DNA of 64,000 nucleotides from the NCBI GenBank assembly GCA_030603365.1, contig JAUVXV010000004.1:128001-192000 (forward strand), given 5' to 3'. The notes beneath the pieces were generated by a model that saw only the letters and a program-made list of their open reading frames with translations, had not been told where the DNA came from and did no database searches. The stretch comes from Candidatus Heimdallarchaeota archaeon. Lineage in GTDB: Archaea > Asgardarchaeota > Heimdallarchaeia > Heimdallarchaeales > Heimdallarchaeaceae. The position numbers and the translations under genes were made by a program. Positions within the stretch are counted from its first letter, which is position 1. Each line of letters begins with the position of its first letter. This document shows, piece by piece, positions 36,815 to 48,083 of the stretch.

Positions 36815-38797
36815 ATGATAATGACACTAGACATTGAGACTCCCTTAAAACCTAGAGGGGATCAACCAAAGGCAATAGAAAAACTAGTTGATGGAATAAA
36901 GAAAGGACATCAAAAACAAACTCTCCTTGGAGTTACTGGATCTGGTAAAACTATGACCATGGCACGTGTTATTGATAAAATAAAGAAACCAACCTTGGTT
37001 ATTGGTCCTAATAAAACCCTTGTTGCCCAGTTGTTTGGAGAATTTAAGACGCTTTTTCCATCAGCAAGTGTTAACTATTATGTTTCCTTTTATGATTATT
37101 ATCAACCTGAAGCATACTTGCCTTCCAAAGATCTTTACATCGAAAAAGATGTAGATATCAATCGCGAAATTGAACGCTTACGACATACGGCTCTTGAAGC
37201 TTTGGCTACCAGGGATGATGTAATTGTTTGTGCTTCAGTGTCTTGTATTTATGGAACAGGTCATCCCGATGTTTATCGTTCTAGACGTATAGCATTAAGT
37301 GTAGGAGAGAATCTTGATCGTCAAGATTTAATGTTAGAATTAGTGAAGAATCAGTATGAAAGAAATGATATCAGTCTTGAACGTAAAAATTTCAGGGTTA
37401 GAGGAGATTCCATAGATATTTTTCCGCTTTATGGTGATTATGTCTATCGTATTGAGTTCTTTGGAGACGAAATAGAACGTTTAACAGCTCGACATCCAGT
37501 CACTGGAGAGAAAATCAAAGAATATCCTCAAATGTCGATTTTTCCAGGTACACAATATCTTGCAAATGATGCTTTCTTCGAATCTGCTTTAGGCGATATT
37601 AAATTAGAACTTGATATGCGTTTAGCTGAATTCCAAAAAGAGGGTAAAGTTGTAGAAAGCCATAGACTAAGACAGAAGACTCTTTATGATTTAGAACTTC
37701 TAAGAGAAACAGGAGGCTGTTCTGGAATAGAAAATTATTCCCGTCACTTCGACAGAAGAAAACCAGGAGAAAAACCCTTTACTCTTCTTGATCACTTCCC
37801 AGATGATTTTCTATTAATTATAGATGAATCACATCTTACAATTCCCCAACTTCATGGTATGTATGGGGGAGATTTTTCAAGAAAAAAGAATCTAATTGAT
37901 CATGGTTTCAGGCTTCCATCAGCAGCTGATAACAGACCTTTTAGATTTGAAGAAACCGAGAAATATATGAGAACTGTTGTTTTTACAAGTGCTACTCCTG
38001 GGCCATATGAACATAAGTTTTCTCAGCAAATTGTGGAACAGATAATTCGACCCACAGGACTTATTGATCCTAAAATAGATGTCAGACGTAATGAAGGGCA
38101 AATACTTGATTTAGTTAGCGAAATAAATCAGAGAGTAGCTAAAGCGGAAAGGGTACTAGTTACTACACTAACAAAACAGAGCGCAGAAATGCTCTCTGAT
38201 TACCTGCTAGAGATGAAAATAAAATCAATTTATCTACATCATGAAGTTGATACTCTTGATAGAATAGAGATATTGAAGGACCTTAGACTTGGAAAGTATG
38301 ATGTAGTAGTTGGAATTAATTTATTGAGAGAAGGTTTAGATCTTCCTGAGGTAGCTTTAGTAGCTATACTTGATGCAGATAAAGAAGGATTTCTAAGATC
38401 GAGGAGATCACTGATTCAACTTATGGGACGAGCAAGTAGAAATGTTCATGGGAGTGTCATTCTCTATGCTGATAAATTGACAGATTCCATGAAACAAGCG
38501 ATTAGTGAAAATAATAGAAGACGAATTATTCAGCAAGAATATAACAATAAGCACGGCATAAAACCTACTACTATTCAAAAAGAAGTCAAATCAATCGTAG
38601 AACATTTGATGCAAGTTACTCCAAAGGAAGAAGAGAAAATAGACGTTCCGGATGGTTTAGCAACTGAAGATATCTTCCTTATTATCGATGATTTAAAAGA
38701 AAGAATGGCAGAAGCAGCAGGAACACTAGACTTCGAAAAAGCTGCTATCTATAGAGATAAAATTAAAGAACTTGAAAAAATGGTGAGCTCTAAATGA
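36815..38797 (+). CDS. uvrB: Excinuclease ABC subunit B
   Basis: GDQP, GVTGSGKT, YDYYQPEAY, DESH, GINLLREGLD, C-terminal UVR domain. Confidence 0.97.
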   Translation: MIMTLDIETPLKPRGDQPKAIEKLVDGIKKGHQKQTLLGVTGSGKTMTMARVIDKIKKPTLVIGPNKTLVAQLFGEFKTLFPSASVNYYVSFYDYYQPEAYLPSKDLYIEKDVDINREIERLRHTALEALATRDDVIVCASVSCIYGTGHPDVYRSRRIALSVGENLDRQDLMLELVKNQYERNDISLERKNFRVRGDSIDIFPLYGDYVYRIEFFGDEIERLTARHPVTGEKIKEYPQMSIFPGTQYLANDAFFESALGDIKLELDMRLAEFQKEGKVVESHRLRQKTLYDLELLRETGGCSGIENYSRHFDRRKPGEKPFTLLDHFPDDFLLIIDESHLTIPQLHGMYGGDFSRKKNLIDHGFRLPSAADNRPFRFEETEKYMRTVVFTSATPGPYEHKFSQQIVEQIIRPTGLIDPKIDVRRNEGQILDLVSEINQRVAKAERVLVTTLTKQSAEMLSDYLLEMKIKSIYLHHEVDTLDRIEILKDLRLGKYDVVVGINLLREGLDLPEVALVAILDADKEGFLRSRRSLIQLMGRASRNVHGSVILYADKLTDSMKQAISENNRRRIIQQEYNNKHGIKPTTIQKEVKSIVEHLMQVTPKEEEKIDVPDGLATEDIFLIIDDLKERMAEAAGTLDFEKAAIYRDKIKELEKMVSSK

Positions 38798-40602
38798 GTC
38801 TTTTCTCTGATCTTGAAGAGATACCGGACGACCCAGGAGTATATTTAATTAAAGATAAAGATGAAAAGGTAATTTACGTAGGTAAAGCCAAGAATTTGAA
38901 GAACAGAGTTAAACAACATTTCCAAACCACCTCTCTTCCAAAAGAAGACAAACTTCAAGAATTAGCTCATAGAGTTAATTGGTTTTTAGTAAGAAATGAA
39001 TCAGAGGCATTGATTTTAGAGAGGAAATTGATAAGACAACTATCTCCTAAACTTAATAGCATGCTAAAGGACGATAAGTCTAATTTACTTGTTAGAATAA
39101 CTATGGAAGATACATTCCCTCAGATACTTATTGTTAGAGAAACAGATTCACGTGTAAGTAAGAGTGTATACTTCGGTCCTTTTACTAATAACACGATGCT
39201 CAGACAGACAGTTAAATTGGTTTTAAGGTTATTTCCAATATGTAACTGTGGTAAAAATTTTGAAAGAATCAGAGAAAAAGGTTCTACAATTCGATGTATG
39301 CGGGCAAGGTTGGGAAGATGTTTAGCTCCTTGGAAGAACGATATTACTTCAGAAGAATATCGAAAAACAGCCAAAAATGTAATTTCTTTTCTCAGGGGAG
39401 ATGTAGCTCAACTATTAGATAATATTGAAAAAGAGATGTGGGTAGCTTCAAAGGATTCAAATTATGAAAAAGCAGCATCTTTACGAGACCTCACTCGAGC
39501 TGTACGTACAATTTTGAATATTCAAGAAGATCTTAAATCTGTAAGAAAGAATGTAGATGTATTGGCTTATATTGAGGAAGAGGATGACATAGCTTTCTGC
39601 AAATTAGAAATTAGAGCGTATCGCATACATAACATCATGAACGATGTTTTTCCAAAAGAGGACGGGAAGTTAAAGAAACTAGGTGAAGTGTTAGCATTTA
39701 TTTATGGTCAAGAAAAACCAAAATTTTCAATTTTACTAGATAAGAATTTTACAAATCGTTTTAAAATAAATATTGAATTACCCATAAAATATCCTACAAA
39801 CACTGTTTCAGAGCAATTGTGTAAGATAGCAGAAAAAAATGCTCGTAGTGAGATGCAGAAATATAAACGAGATGTTCAATATCTGAAAGAATCCGAAAAT
39901 GTTCTAGAGGAAATGCAGAAACAATTTCAGCTATCAGACTTACCTGAAATCATTCACGGGTATGATATTTCTACTCTCGGAGGAGAACATTCTGTTGGTT
40001 CCTGTGTTGTTTTTCAGAATGGTAAACCTCAGAAGAAATTATATAGACGTTTTCGAATTAGAAAAACCTATTCTGAACCAAATGATTATGCAATGATGGA
40101 GGAAGTTATTTCTAGAAGATATAAGTCTGAGGCTTTGAAAAATGATCCTTCACCTCAATTACTTATCATTGATGGTGGAAAAGGACAACTAAATATTGCT
40201 ATTAAGGTACTAAAAAAACTCAAAATTGATGTACCAATTATAAGCATCGCTAAGAAGAAAGAGGAAATCTATACTAAATGGTCAGATGACCCCCTAAGTA
40301 TTGAAAAAGATTCTAGTGTGCAACGTTTAGTTCAATATGTGCGAGATGAATCACACCGTTTTGCAATTAATTACCATAAGACATTGAGATTAAAATCAGT
40401 TAAAGATTCTGCCTTAGAAAAAATAAAGGGAATAGGGAAAGCTAAGGTTTCAATGCTTTTTCAAGAATACAAAAATCTACAAAATATATCTAATGCAACA
40501 AAAGAGGAAATTATGAAGAAAATAGGTGTAAACGAGGAGATAGCAAAACAGGTCTTATCCATGACTCAAAAAATTCTGAAAAAGAGCCCATACGATGATT
40601 AA
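38794..40602 (+). CDS. uvrC: Excinuclease ABC subunit C
   Basis: GIY-YIG (PGVY...YVGKA), YDIS, DGGKGQ, RDESHRFA, HhH. Confidence 0.95.
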   Translation: MSLFSDLEEIPDDPGVYLIKDKDEKVIYVGKAKNLKNRVKQHFQTTSLPKEDKLQELAHRVNWFLVRNESEALILERKLIRQLSPKLNSMLKDDKSNLLVRITMEDTFPQILIVRETDSRVSKSVYFGPFTNNTMLRQTVKLVLRLFPICNCGKNFERIREKGSTIRCMRARLGRCLAPWKNDITSEEYRKTAKNVISFLRGDVAQLLDNIEKEMWVASKDSNYEKAASLRDLTRAVRTILNIQEDLKSVRKNVDVLAYIEEEDDIAFCKLEIRAYRIHNIMNDVFPKEDGKLKKLGEVLAFIYGQEKPKFSILLDKNFTNRFKINIELPIKYPTNTVSEQLCKIAEKNARSEMQKYKRDVQYLKESENVLEEMQKQFQLSDLPEIIHGYDISTLGGEHSVGSCVVFQNGKPQKKLYRRFRIRKTYSEPNDYAMMEEVISRRYKSEALKNDPSPQLLIIDGGKGQLNIAIKVLKKLKIDVPIISIAKKKEEIYTKWSDDPLSIEKDSSVQRLVQYVRDESHRFAINYHKTLRLKSVKDSALEKIKGIGKAKVSMLFQEYKNLQNISNATKEEIMKKIGVNEEIAKQVLSMTQKILKKSPYDD

Positions 40603-40749
40603 TATCAATAATCTATAACTCCTCTAGAAAGCTCTTTAGCCTTTCAAAATCCAGTTCTATGGAAGAGTATAATAGTAATAAGGAATAGTATATAAAGGAA
40701 AATAACCCTTAATTGTAATAGTTAAGTTTTTTCTTAACTCGGTGATTAA

Positions 40750-41607
40750 ATGAAAAGAAAAGAAATAATTACAAGCGGGGTTCTAATTCTTATATTCTCA
40801 TTAACCTTTGTGTCTCCTGCGAATGCAGCGACAAATTGGGGATTTGAGATAGACGAAAACTATGTTTATGAACTAAATAAACTGACGGTCTTTGAAACAC
40901 CTCTTGCTTTTGAATTCAAAGATGAAGCAAGATTACGAATTGTTTTCAATGATTTCAATGATACTGGTTATTCTTATACTGTATACAATGAAACACATTT
41001 GTTAGCAGAAACATCTACAGTTTTCTTACCAACAGAGGTAGAAAGTGAAACACTTGTTCTGCCACAAGGGTTACCAATTGCACTCCCATTAGCAATAGGA
41101 GAAATATCTGATTATATGGAATACTTTGGACTTATTATTAATCAAACAGTATCCATGATAGTTTTAGATGATTTCGTAGAAAATATAACAGACTATATGG
41201 ATTTAACATATTTGAATGTCTATTCAGTATATGATACAAATTTTCTAAGTGCAAATCTCGATTTGTTTGCACCAACAGTTAATGCTTCGATTCTTACTGA
41301 ACTTCTCGGAGAAATGGACTCAGGAGCTATACCAATTTCAATTCCTACTAATATTACTGATTTCAAGCTAAATGCTACATTAGCTTTTGATGCTACAACA
41401 GGTTTGTTTGATCATTTAACAATCAAAATACGATCTATATCAACAGACGAGTTTAACTATGTAGATAATTTTAACGCTGATGTAGAATATGAGTTGTATA
41501 AACCTGAAGAAACTGAACCTACTACAACAGTATCTTATGCTTGGATAGTTCCAATAGCAGTGGTTGTAATATTTGCAAGCAGTTTATTTACAAGAAAGAG
41601 GAAATAA
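40750..41607 (+). CDS. Secreted/surface protein with C-terminal membrane anchor
   Basis: Signal peptide (…PANA), acidic N-x-T-rich body, PTTT linker, TM helix, RKRK tail. Confidence 0.8.
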   Translation: MKRKEIITSGVLILIFSLTFVSPANAATNWGFEIDENYVYELNKLTVFETPLAFEFKDEARLRIVFNDFNDTGYSYTVYNETHLLAETSTVFLPTEVESETLVLPQGLPIALPLAIGEISDYMEYFGLIINQTVSMIVLDDFVENITDYMDLTYLNVYSVYDTNFLSANLDLFAPTVNASILTELLGEMDSGAIPISIPTNITDFKLNATLAFDATTGLFDHLTIKIRSISTDEFNYVDNFNADVEYELYKPEETEPTTTVSYAWIVPIAVVVIFASSLFTRKRK

Positions 41608-41665
41608 CCCTCTTATCTTTTTCTTTTTTTTACAAATCCTTTTTAATCCGATATACTAATCAAAA

Positions 41666-42790
41666 TTGAGTAAATTGAGTCTTAGACCTGAGGAGTATTT
41701 AATTCTGAATCATATTTTTCAAGATCCTATTATTCCTTATAGTAGACTGGCTGAGAAAATTAAACTGTCGGCTCCTACTGTTAAAAAAAGGGTTGAAAAT
41801 CTCCTCACAGAGTCTGTAATAAGAAAATTTCGTGCTGAATATCATCCTGAATCTTTAGGTCTTGAAAGTCATATTTTTCTTTTAAAAATCAACTCCATTG
41901 ATAAATACAAAATTGTTGAACGAATAATTGATTATCATCCTTATCTCGTGGTTAGACAGAGATGTTACGGTGGAATAACAGGAATTTTTCTTAAAGTACA
42001 TGTCCCTATTGGATCTATTGATAATTTTTGCACATTTTTAGGTCATTTAAAAGATAGTGATCTAGTTGAAGAAATCGTTCATTCTACGACTATTGGACCA
42101 GGAATTAAGACAAGGATAGATCTAACTTTCTGGGATCCTAATCAAAATGTATGGTCTTTCAAGTGGGATATGTGGAAGAAAAACATAGATGTTGTTGATT
42201 ATGTTCCTCAATTTGACTATTTTCAGAAAATCTCTCGAGAAAAATCAAAAAATGTTTTACAACAACTGACTTATTTAGATTTTCAGATTTTGAAAGAATT
42301 AGTACATAATCCTATTCAGAAATATGCACTATTATCTAAGCAGTTAGGAATACCTCAATATACGTTATCGAGAAGAAAGAAATTTCTAAGTAAATTTGTA
42401 ATAAGAAATTATCTGGTAGAGTTTAATCGCTCTTTTTTTGGTCTTGAGGATGAGCTGGTTTTCAAAGCTATTTGTGGGCAAAGAGCAATGTCCAAAATCA
42501 TCTATCTTATCAGAGAGCTAACACTTCCTTTCGAATCAGATTTTCGTGAAACTGATAAGGGATTTCTTTGGAAAATCCTTTTACCTCCAAAAGATAAATT
42601 AGAGTTATTTAACATACTTTGGTCTTTATTTCCTGATCTTCAGATTATGATGTTAGACCCTCATACAACGGTGACTAAGGCATTTAATCCAGATAATTAT
42701 TCTTTTATCAATCACTCTTGGAAGGATACACAGGATTTTATGATAGATCAAATATTGGAAAAAGCAAGAGGAGAGCTTTTGCTTGCCTGA
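41666..42790 (+). CDS. Tandem Lrp/AsnC-like winged-helix transcriptional regulator
   Basis: Two HTH modules (YSRLAEKIKLSAPTVKKRV; YALLSKQLGIPQYTLSRR), each followed by GLE-linked domains. Confidence 0.8.
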   Translation: MSKLSLRPEEYLILNHIFQDPIIPYSRLAEKIKLSAPTVKKRVENLLTESVIRKFRAEYHPESLGLESHIFLLKINSIDKYKIVERIIDYHPYLVVRQRCYGGITGIFLKVHVPIGSIDNFCTFLGHLKDSDLVEEIVHSTTIGPGIKTRIDLTFWDPNQNVWSFKWDMWKKNIDVVDYVPQFDYFQKISREKSKNVLQQLTYLDFQILKELVHNPIQKYALLSKQLGIPQYTLSRRKKFLSKFVIRNYLVEFNRSFFGLEDELVFKAICGQRAMSKIIYLIRELTLPFESDFRETDKGFLWKILLPPKDKLELFNILWSLFPDLQIMMLDPHTTVTKAFNPDNYSFINHSWKDTQDFMIDQILEKARGELLLA

Positions 42791-42812
42791 TAATGAAATT
42801 GTTTATTTCACT

Positions 42813-45764
42813 TCAGACTATTGCTCGTAACTCTTGAACAATTTCATATTTCATTTGTTTTCTTATAATTGGTATCATTCCAAGTAAAGCTGCAAGACAT
42901 AGTGACGCAAGGATGATAAAAAGCGCCACAACATCGATGTGGATATTCAATATTATAACCTCTTTTGCAATTAATAAAGGCTTTACAAAAAGCAGAGAAA
43001 ATGCTGTAGCTGCTATACCTAATGGTACTCCTATTAAAACGGTAATTAATATAAAAGTCGATACCTCACTAATAAGTAGCCCTCTCACTTTCGTTTGATT
43101 TCCACCTAGTGCAAGTAAAACTGCATTTTCTCTTCTTCTTTGTTCTAATATGAAATCAGTTGAGATAAGAATGTAAATAATTCCAACTACATTGAGTATA
43201 ATTGCCCCAACAAGAAGGATAATTGTTACTGGGGGGATATATTTATCGATGAAATAACCAATATAATCGGGATTAATCTCTTCAGGGTTGACAGTTAAAA
43301 GCGGAAATAAACTCTCTATTTCTTGTTTGATTTGATTAGGATCAGCTCCTTCCTCTATTGAAGCTAAAAGAAGAGATCCGTTATGTGCATCCAATTCATC
43401 AGTAAGTACGTCTTTATTCAAAAGAACCCAATCATCAGTATCTCTATTCATCTTGGGATCATAACCATGTGCAACACCCAAACCTGGAGCCGATTGAATA
43501 ACTCCTGTGATAGTTAAACTCTGTATTTGTCCAGATCCAGTAAAACCCGAAACTTCGATTTCTTCACCTATAATAAAATCTAGCCTGTTAATCAAATAAC
43601 TACTAATTATAACTCCTTTCGCAGTGTCATTGAGTGTCAGAAGACCTTCTGCTGGGGTCATATTGATAAAACTCGAATCCGTCCACCTCCCAATTTCTAA
43701 AAATTTATCGGGATCAACACCAAAAACTTCAATTTGTAGTTGAGTTCCCCACAATGCTCTTATTGTTCGAAAACCTGTAATTTCTTTAATACCCTCAATT
43801 TGCCCAAGTGTTTCTTCCATTTCAGAAATGTTTACCGGTATAAGAGAATCAATTCGAATGTCTGCCCCCATTCTATACAAATCTTCAATATCATTGTTGT
43901 GGATAACAGAAGATCTCATGGTTACTAACATAGTAAGAAGGCTTACGGTTAATACTAAGAAGAATGTAAGATCTGTAAGATTTTTAGTGTGACGTTTAAG
44001 GTTTTTAAGAATCAAGAATGAATTTTTCTTGAATATAACTTTATAGACCTTTCCAAGTTTCTTGATTAATTTATTTATTCCTTTTGAAATGAAATAACAG
44101 ATGAAGAATAGTAGACAAATGAATACTAGTAGAGCTTGAATACTAACCGAAACCATACTAAAACCAAAACTGGAAACTCCTCCTACTTGTTTGAAATATT
44201 CAATCAATAGGAAAATGAAACCCGCTAAGATTAGTACAAATGAACCAACTGTAACACTTGTTTTGATTATTTTCTGACCTCTCTTAGTCATTATCTGTGA
44301 TTCGTGAATATCCTTCCTAACAAAATTTATGACATTAAAAAGCGTTATACTCAGATATATTCCCAGAACTAGGACCGTAAAAATCTCTATTTCATAAGGA
44401 GATATCTCTAAATAACTGAAATATCTATTGAATAATTCTTTACTAAAGAATCCATCATGACCAAAAGATGGAATTAAAGCTGACAATAAGATACCTATTC
44501 CAATACTCAAAATTAAAGAAATGCTACTAATCAGAACGAATTCTCCAAAAAACATTCCTATAATTTGGCCACTTACTGCACCTTTGGATCTTAAAAATGC
44601 AATTTCCTCTTTTCTTTTTTTAACAGTCATTTGTGTTGATAAGATTGTAAGTATTATTGCTATTGCAATTGTAGGTACAAATACGACAGTTGACCCAAAA
44701 CTTCTGGTATATTCATCTGCCATTGCTTGAATTTCCTGAGAAAGAATAAAGGCGAATGCATGCCAATATCTAAATTCTATTCTTTCTTTTAGCGCATACA
44801 TGGTATCGGGCATATTAGATATTCCATTCTTCCTTAATTCTTGTCCATTTGCTTTAACAAGCAATTTGGGGAGCATTCTATTAGCATCCATAATGCTAAG
44901 ATCCTCTGTTTGTAAATCTTCTATTGGAAAGAAAATTGAATCTAGAAGAACTCCTCCAGTATTTCCAAACCCTCCAAGCATTCTAGCGATAACGGTATTC
45001 TTGCCAACATAGGTGTAAATCCCAGAAATAGTATAATTTTCAAATATGGTTTCACTGATATCGTAGGACTGCATGGTCGTTTCCTCACGATCTGTATAGG
45101 GGATGTATCTAGTAATTGCAACACTAATTTCATCTCCAGGGGATATAGTTTTATTATAAACAACTTCAAGCTGTTTTGCTTGGAAATAACTTATCATTAG
45201 CTCTCCTTGATTTAATGATGCTTGACCATCAACCTCTAAATTCAGCTTAATTCTTTCCATTGCTGCAGAAGATACAATGTGTGCTGCCGATATTGATAAC
45301 GGATTGTTCATGTCATCTTGTTGATCCTCTGGAAACCACGTGTAATTATCCGCCTTATCTTCAAAATTAAATAGTGCAACAGAAGGATAATACCAATGCA
45401 CATAGTCTACGAGGGGATCATCAAGCACATATGTAAAAATTGGTTGCATCACACTGGGGAGGAAAGTTGAAACATACATCTCATAATCTAATGTCTGTAA
45501 ATAATCATCTGCGATGATTTTTTGTGATGTGCTCGACCATATTGATGCAGTAAAAAGAACTGACATTGAAAAAACTAAACCTAAAATGATTATAGTGATA
45601 CTTCTTCTCCGATTTGTAATGTTCTTCCAGATTAATTTGATATTAAAGTAGAAAGAAGCAACTGCTTTTTGATATCTGGTAGTTTCTTCTTCCTCACTAA
45701 CGTAGTTATCTAGTTCATTCACCAGATTCACCTCCAACAAGAAATTGAAAACTTTCTTTATCAT
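42813..45764 (-). CDS. FtsX/MacB-like ABC transporter permease
   Basis: Duplicated RKEEIAFLRSKG / RRRENAVLLALG FtsX motifs; likely true start GTG 45722 behind GGAGGTGA. Confidence 0.88.
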   Translation of the reverse strand: MIKKVFNFLLEVNLVNELDNYVSEEEETTRYQKAVASFYFNIKLIWKNITNRRRSITIIILGLVFSMSVLFTASIWSSTSQKIIADDYLQTLDYEMYVSTFLPSVMQPIFTYVLDDPLVDYVHWYYPSVALFNFEDKADNYTWFPEDQQDDMNNPLSISAAHIVSSAAMERIKLNLEVDGQASLNQGELMISYFQAKQLEVVYNKTISPGDEISVAITRYIPYTDREETTMQSYDISETIFENYTISGIYTYVGKNTVIARMLGGFGNTGGVLLDSIFFPIEDLQTEDLSIMDANRMLPKLLVKANGQELRKNGISNMPDTMYALKERIEFRYWHAFAFILSQEIQAMADEYTRSFGSTVVFVPTIAIAIILTILSTQMTVKKRKEEIAFLRSKGAVSGQIIGMFFGEFVLISSISLILSIGIGILLSALIPSFGHDGFFSKELFNRYFSYLEISPYEIEIFTVLVLGIYLSITLFNVINFVRKDIHESQIMTKRGQKIIKTSVTVGSFVLILAGFIFLLIEYFKQVGGVSSFGFSMVSVSIQALLVFICLLFFICYFISKGINKLIKKLGKVYKVIFKKNSFLILKNLKRHTKNLTDLTFFLVLTVSLLTMLVTMRSSVIHNNDIEDLYRMGADIRIDSLIPVNISEMEETLGQIEGIKEITGFRTIRALWGTQLQIEVFGVDPDKFLEIGRWTDSSFINMTPAEGLLTLNDTAKGVIISSYLINRLDFIIGEEIEVSGFTGSGQIQSLTITGVIQSAPGLGVAHGYDPKMNRDTDDWVLLNKDVLTDELDAHNGSLLLASIEEGADPNQIKQEIESLFPLLTVNPEEINPDYIGYFIDKYIPPVTIILLVGAIILNVVGIIYILISTDFILEQRRRENAVLLALGGNQTKVRGLLISEVSTFILITVLIGVPLGIAATAFSLLFVKPLLIAKEVIILNIHIDVVALFIILASLCLAALLGMIPIIRKQMKYEIVQELRAIV

Positions 45765-46470
45765 AACCTACTTCAGGAAACTCCTTTTGAGTATATTTCT
45801 TAATTTTACCCTTTTGCAATACAATGATCTTATCTGCTACCTTTGTGAGATAAGGATCATGAGATGTATAAATCATTGACATCTTATTCTTCTGAACTAA
45901 CTTGAGTAATAACTCCATAATATCATCACCTGTCTTTGTGTCCAGTGTTCCGGTTGGTTCATCTGCTATTAATATAGAGGGTGAATTAGCTATTGCTCTT
46001 GCAACACATACTCGCTGCTTTTCTCCTGAACTTAGCTCTTGTGGTAAATTTAATGCTTTCCTTCCTAAACCTACACTATGCAAAAGATCAACTGCATATT
46101 CTTTAGCAAAATCTTCAGTTTCTCCCCTAAGAATTAAGGGTATCATAATATTTTCAAGAGCTGTTAAATGTTCTAACAAATAGAAATCTTGGAAAATAAA
46201 ACCTATTTCATTTAATCTATACTCTGATAAGTGATTCAATGTCCAAGAATGAATTTCATTTTCGTCATAGAGTATTTTACCAGCTGTAGGTTTATCTATA
46301 CCAGCGAGTAGATTAAGAGTGGTTGTTTTTCCTGATCCTGAGGTTCCCAATAGACAAACAATCTCTCCTCTACCTATTTTAAAATTTATTCCACTTAAAA
46401 CCACTAATTCTTCTGCTTTTGAAGAATATGTTTTAATTAGATTTTTAACACTAATATATGAATCATCCAT
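45715..46470 (-). CDS. ABC transporter ATP-binding protein (LolD/MacB-like)
   Basis: GTSGSGKT, LSSGEKQR, DEPTGTLD, SHD. Confidence 0.92.
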   Translation of the reverse strand: MDDSYISVKNLIKTYSSKAEELVVLSGINFKIGRGEIVCLLGTSGSGKTTTLNLLAGIDKPTAGKILYDENEIHSWTLNHLSEYRLNEIGFIFQDFYLLEHLTALENIMIPLILRGETEDFAKEYAVDLLHSVGLGRKALNLPQELSSGEKQRVCVARAIANSPSILIADEPTGTLDTKTGDDIMELLLKLVQKNKMSMIYTSHDPYLTKVADKIIVLQKGKIKKYTQKEFPEVGYDKESFQFLVGGESGE

Positions 46471-46531
46471 GGGAGTAATCGAATGTTATCCCAAACACTT
46501 AAATGATTTTGCTTTTCTCATTCAAAATTTT

Positions 46532-46705
46532 TTATACGGCACTTGTTATTATATACCATAAGACTACAACTATCAAAACAAACGCAACAGCTATTATCAT
46601 TTTATTCCATTGTCGTCCTTCGTATTCTTCTTCTTCAGCGTCTTCTTCTCCATTTTCCTCAATAGAATCTTTTTCAACCACTTTTTGTTTTTTCTCTGTA
46701 GTCAT
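46532..46705 (-). CDS. Small acidic tail-anchored membrane protein
   Basis: MTTEKK...EEDAEEEEY followed by a C-terminal TM helix; GGAG upstream. Confidence 0.6.
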   Translation of the reverse strand: MTTEKKQKVVEKDSIEENGEEDAEEEEYEGRQWNKMIIAVAFVLIVVVLWYIITSAV

Positions 46706-46806
46706 TGTTATTACTCCATAACCAGAAATACTGTTTAAACTTAGGATTCTTACTTTACTTAAATATTTTATTAAACACAATGTTTGAAATTAATCTCTAT
46801 TATGTT

Positions 46807-47274
46807 TCATTCTGGTGGTTGAATCAGACTATCTGAGACAAAAATATCTACATTAGCAATTAATGCTAAAAGAGTTGCATGGCTTGGGATCATTTGAAAA
46901 TGATGAATTTCTGAAAAACCTTCTAGTCTGATTTCTACTGATGCTTGATATGCATTTGAGTAAGGTACGATAGAATCTATAGTTATTTTCTCGACTATAC
47001 AAATTTCTGGTACTAATTCACCTATTGTCAGTCGTGCATCAGTTCCTTCTATACCATTTAATCTTCTTGCAATATCCACTGCAATTGAGACAGGAATGCC
47101 TGTCATAAGGAAATTTTCCCCATTTTCAAGCTCAAAATTCAATAATGGTATTTCGGTAAATTGAGCATTGTTTATTTCCTCTTCTGTAGTAAAGATATCT
47201 GGGCTTGCTGTAAGAACATCAATTTTGATTACTTTGTGTAGTTCTTTAGCTTTTGAAGAGGATTTTTCTTCCAT
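46807..47274 (-). CDS. Bifunctional nuclease (DUF151)-like protein
   Basis: R-x-T-x-x-EL, V.KI.ID, Y-x-A and PSHATLLAL-x4-IFV correspond to the DUF151 RPSDAIALA signature. Confidence 0.65.
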   Translation of the reverse strand: MEEKSSSKAKELHKVIKIDVLTASPDIFTTEEEINNAQFTEIPLLNFELENGENFLMTGIPVSIAVDIARRLNGIEGTDARLTIGELVPEICIVEKITIDSIVPYSNAYQASVEIRLEGFSEIHHFQMIPSHATLLALIANVDIFVSDSLIQPPE

Positions 47275-47423
47275 GAAGTGAATCCTTTTACAATATTGAA
47301 AAGTGTTGAGTTAGTCTCAACAGCTTGATGATAGAGCGAATGAAATATTCAGAAAGGAAAAACACTAATATCTTTTGAGTTTAAATCTATTAACAGTCTA
47401 ACAAAAGGAACAGACTTTGCTGG

Positions 47424-48083
47424 ATGTTCAAAATGAAAAACAAAATTAAGAAATGGGGTCAAACAAATAAAATCGAAACCATATTAAAAATGGCTATATC
47501 AGCTTCATTGGGTAGTTTAGGAATCGTTTTGTCCACAATCGTAGTCTTTATTCCAAATTTTGAACTTATATCAGTAACTATTTTCTTAGTATCAATATTA
47601 TTCGGCGTCTACTATGGTCTGTTAACTGCTATTTCTGTTGCTTTGATGTATGAATTTGTTGTTACAGCTATATTTGGACCTGCTTCGTATCTTTTTGTCT
47701 TTAAGCTTGTAAGTTATATTATTTTAGCTCTCATAGCTGGATTGGCTAGAAAAGGTTTCCTTAAGCTTTCTTTCTGGGAATTAGGTATATTTGGTTCCCT
47801 TTTTGCTTTGTTTTATGATATCCTAATCACTTTAGGATTTCAAATAGCTGTTATACAGGAAAAAGTTGTTTTTAGTTACCTGTTACTACTTCTCGTGCAA
47901 GGCATTCTCTTTACAATAACTCATGTGTTTAGTAATTTTGTTTTATTTAGCTTGACAAAGACAATACTAAATTGGATAATGTCTGCTTTCCAAGTGAGAG
48001 GACTAAAACAATTGATGTTGCCTTCTTTCAGTAAGAATGAGGAAGAAACTACTAGTTTGATCTCAAATGGGGATAAAATATGA
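47424..48083 (+). CDS. ECF transporter S-component (CbrT-like)
   Basis: IPNFE motif, six TM helices, H-x-x-SN near the C-terminus; coupled to a DUF4430 gene. Confidence 0.7.
   Translation: MFKMKNKIKKWGQTNKIETILKMAISASLGSLGIVLSTIVVFIPNFELISVTIFLVSILFGVYYGLLTAISVALMYEFVVTAIFGPASYLFVFKLVSYIILALIAGLARKGFLKLSFWELGIFGSLFALFYDILITLGFQIAVIQEKVVFSYLLLLLVQGILFTITHVFSNFVLFSLTKTILNWIMSAFQVRGLKQLMLPSFSKNEEETTSLISNGDKI

Noticed and set aside
47275-47423. Possible cobalamin riboswitch upstream of the ECF S-component
   Set aside because: Only a short TGTTGAG/CTCAACA hairpin; no B12-box or other conserved riboswitch elements, and the region is AT-rich
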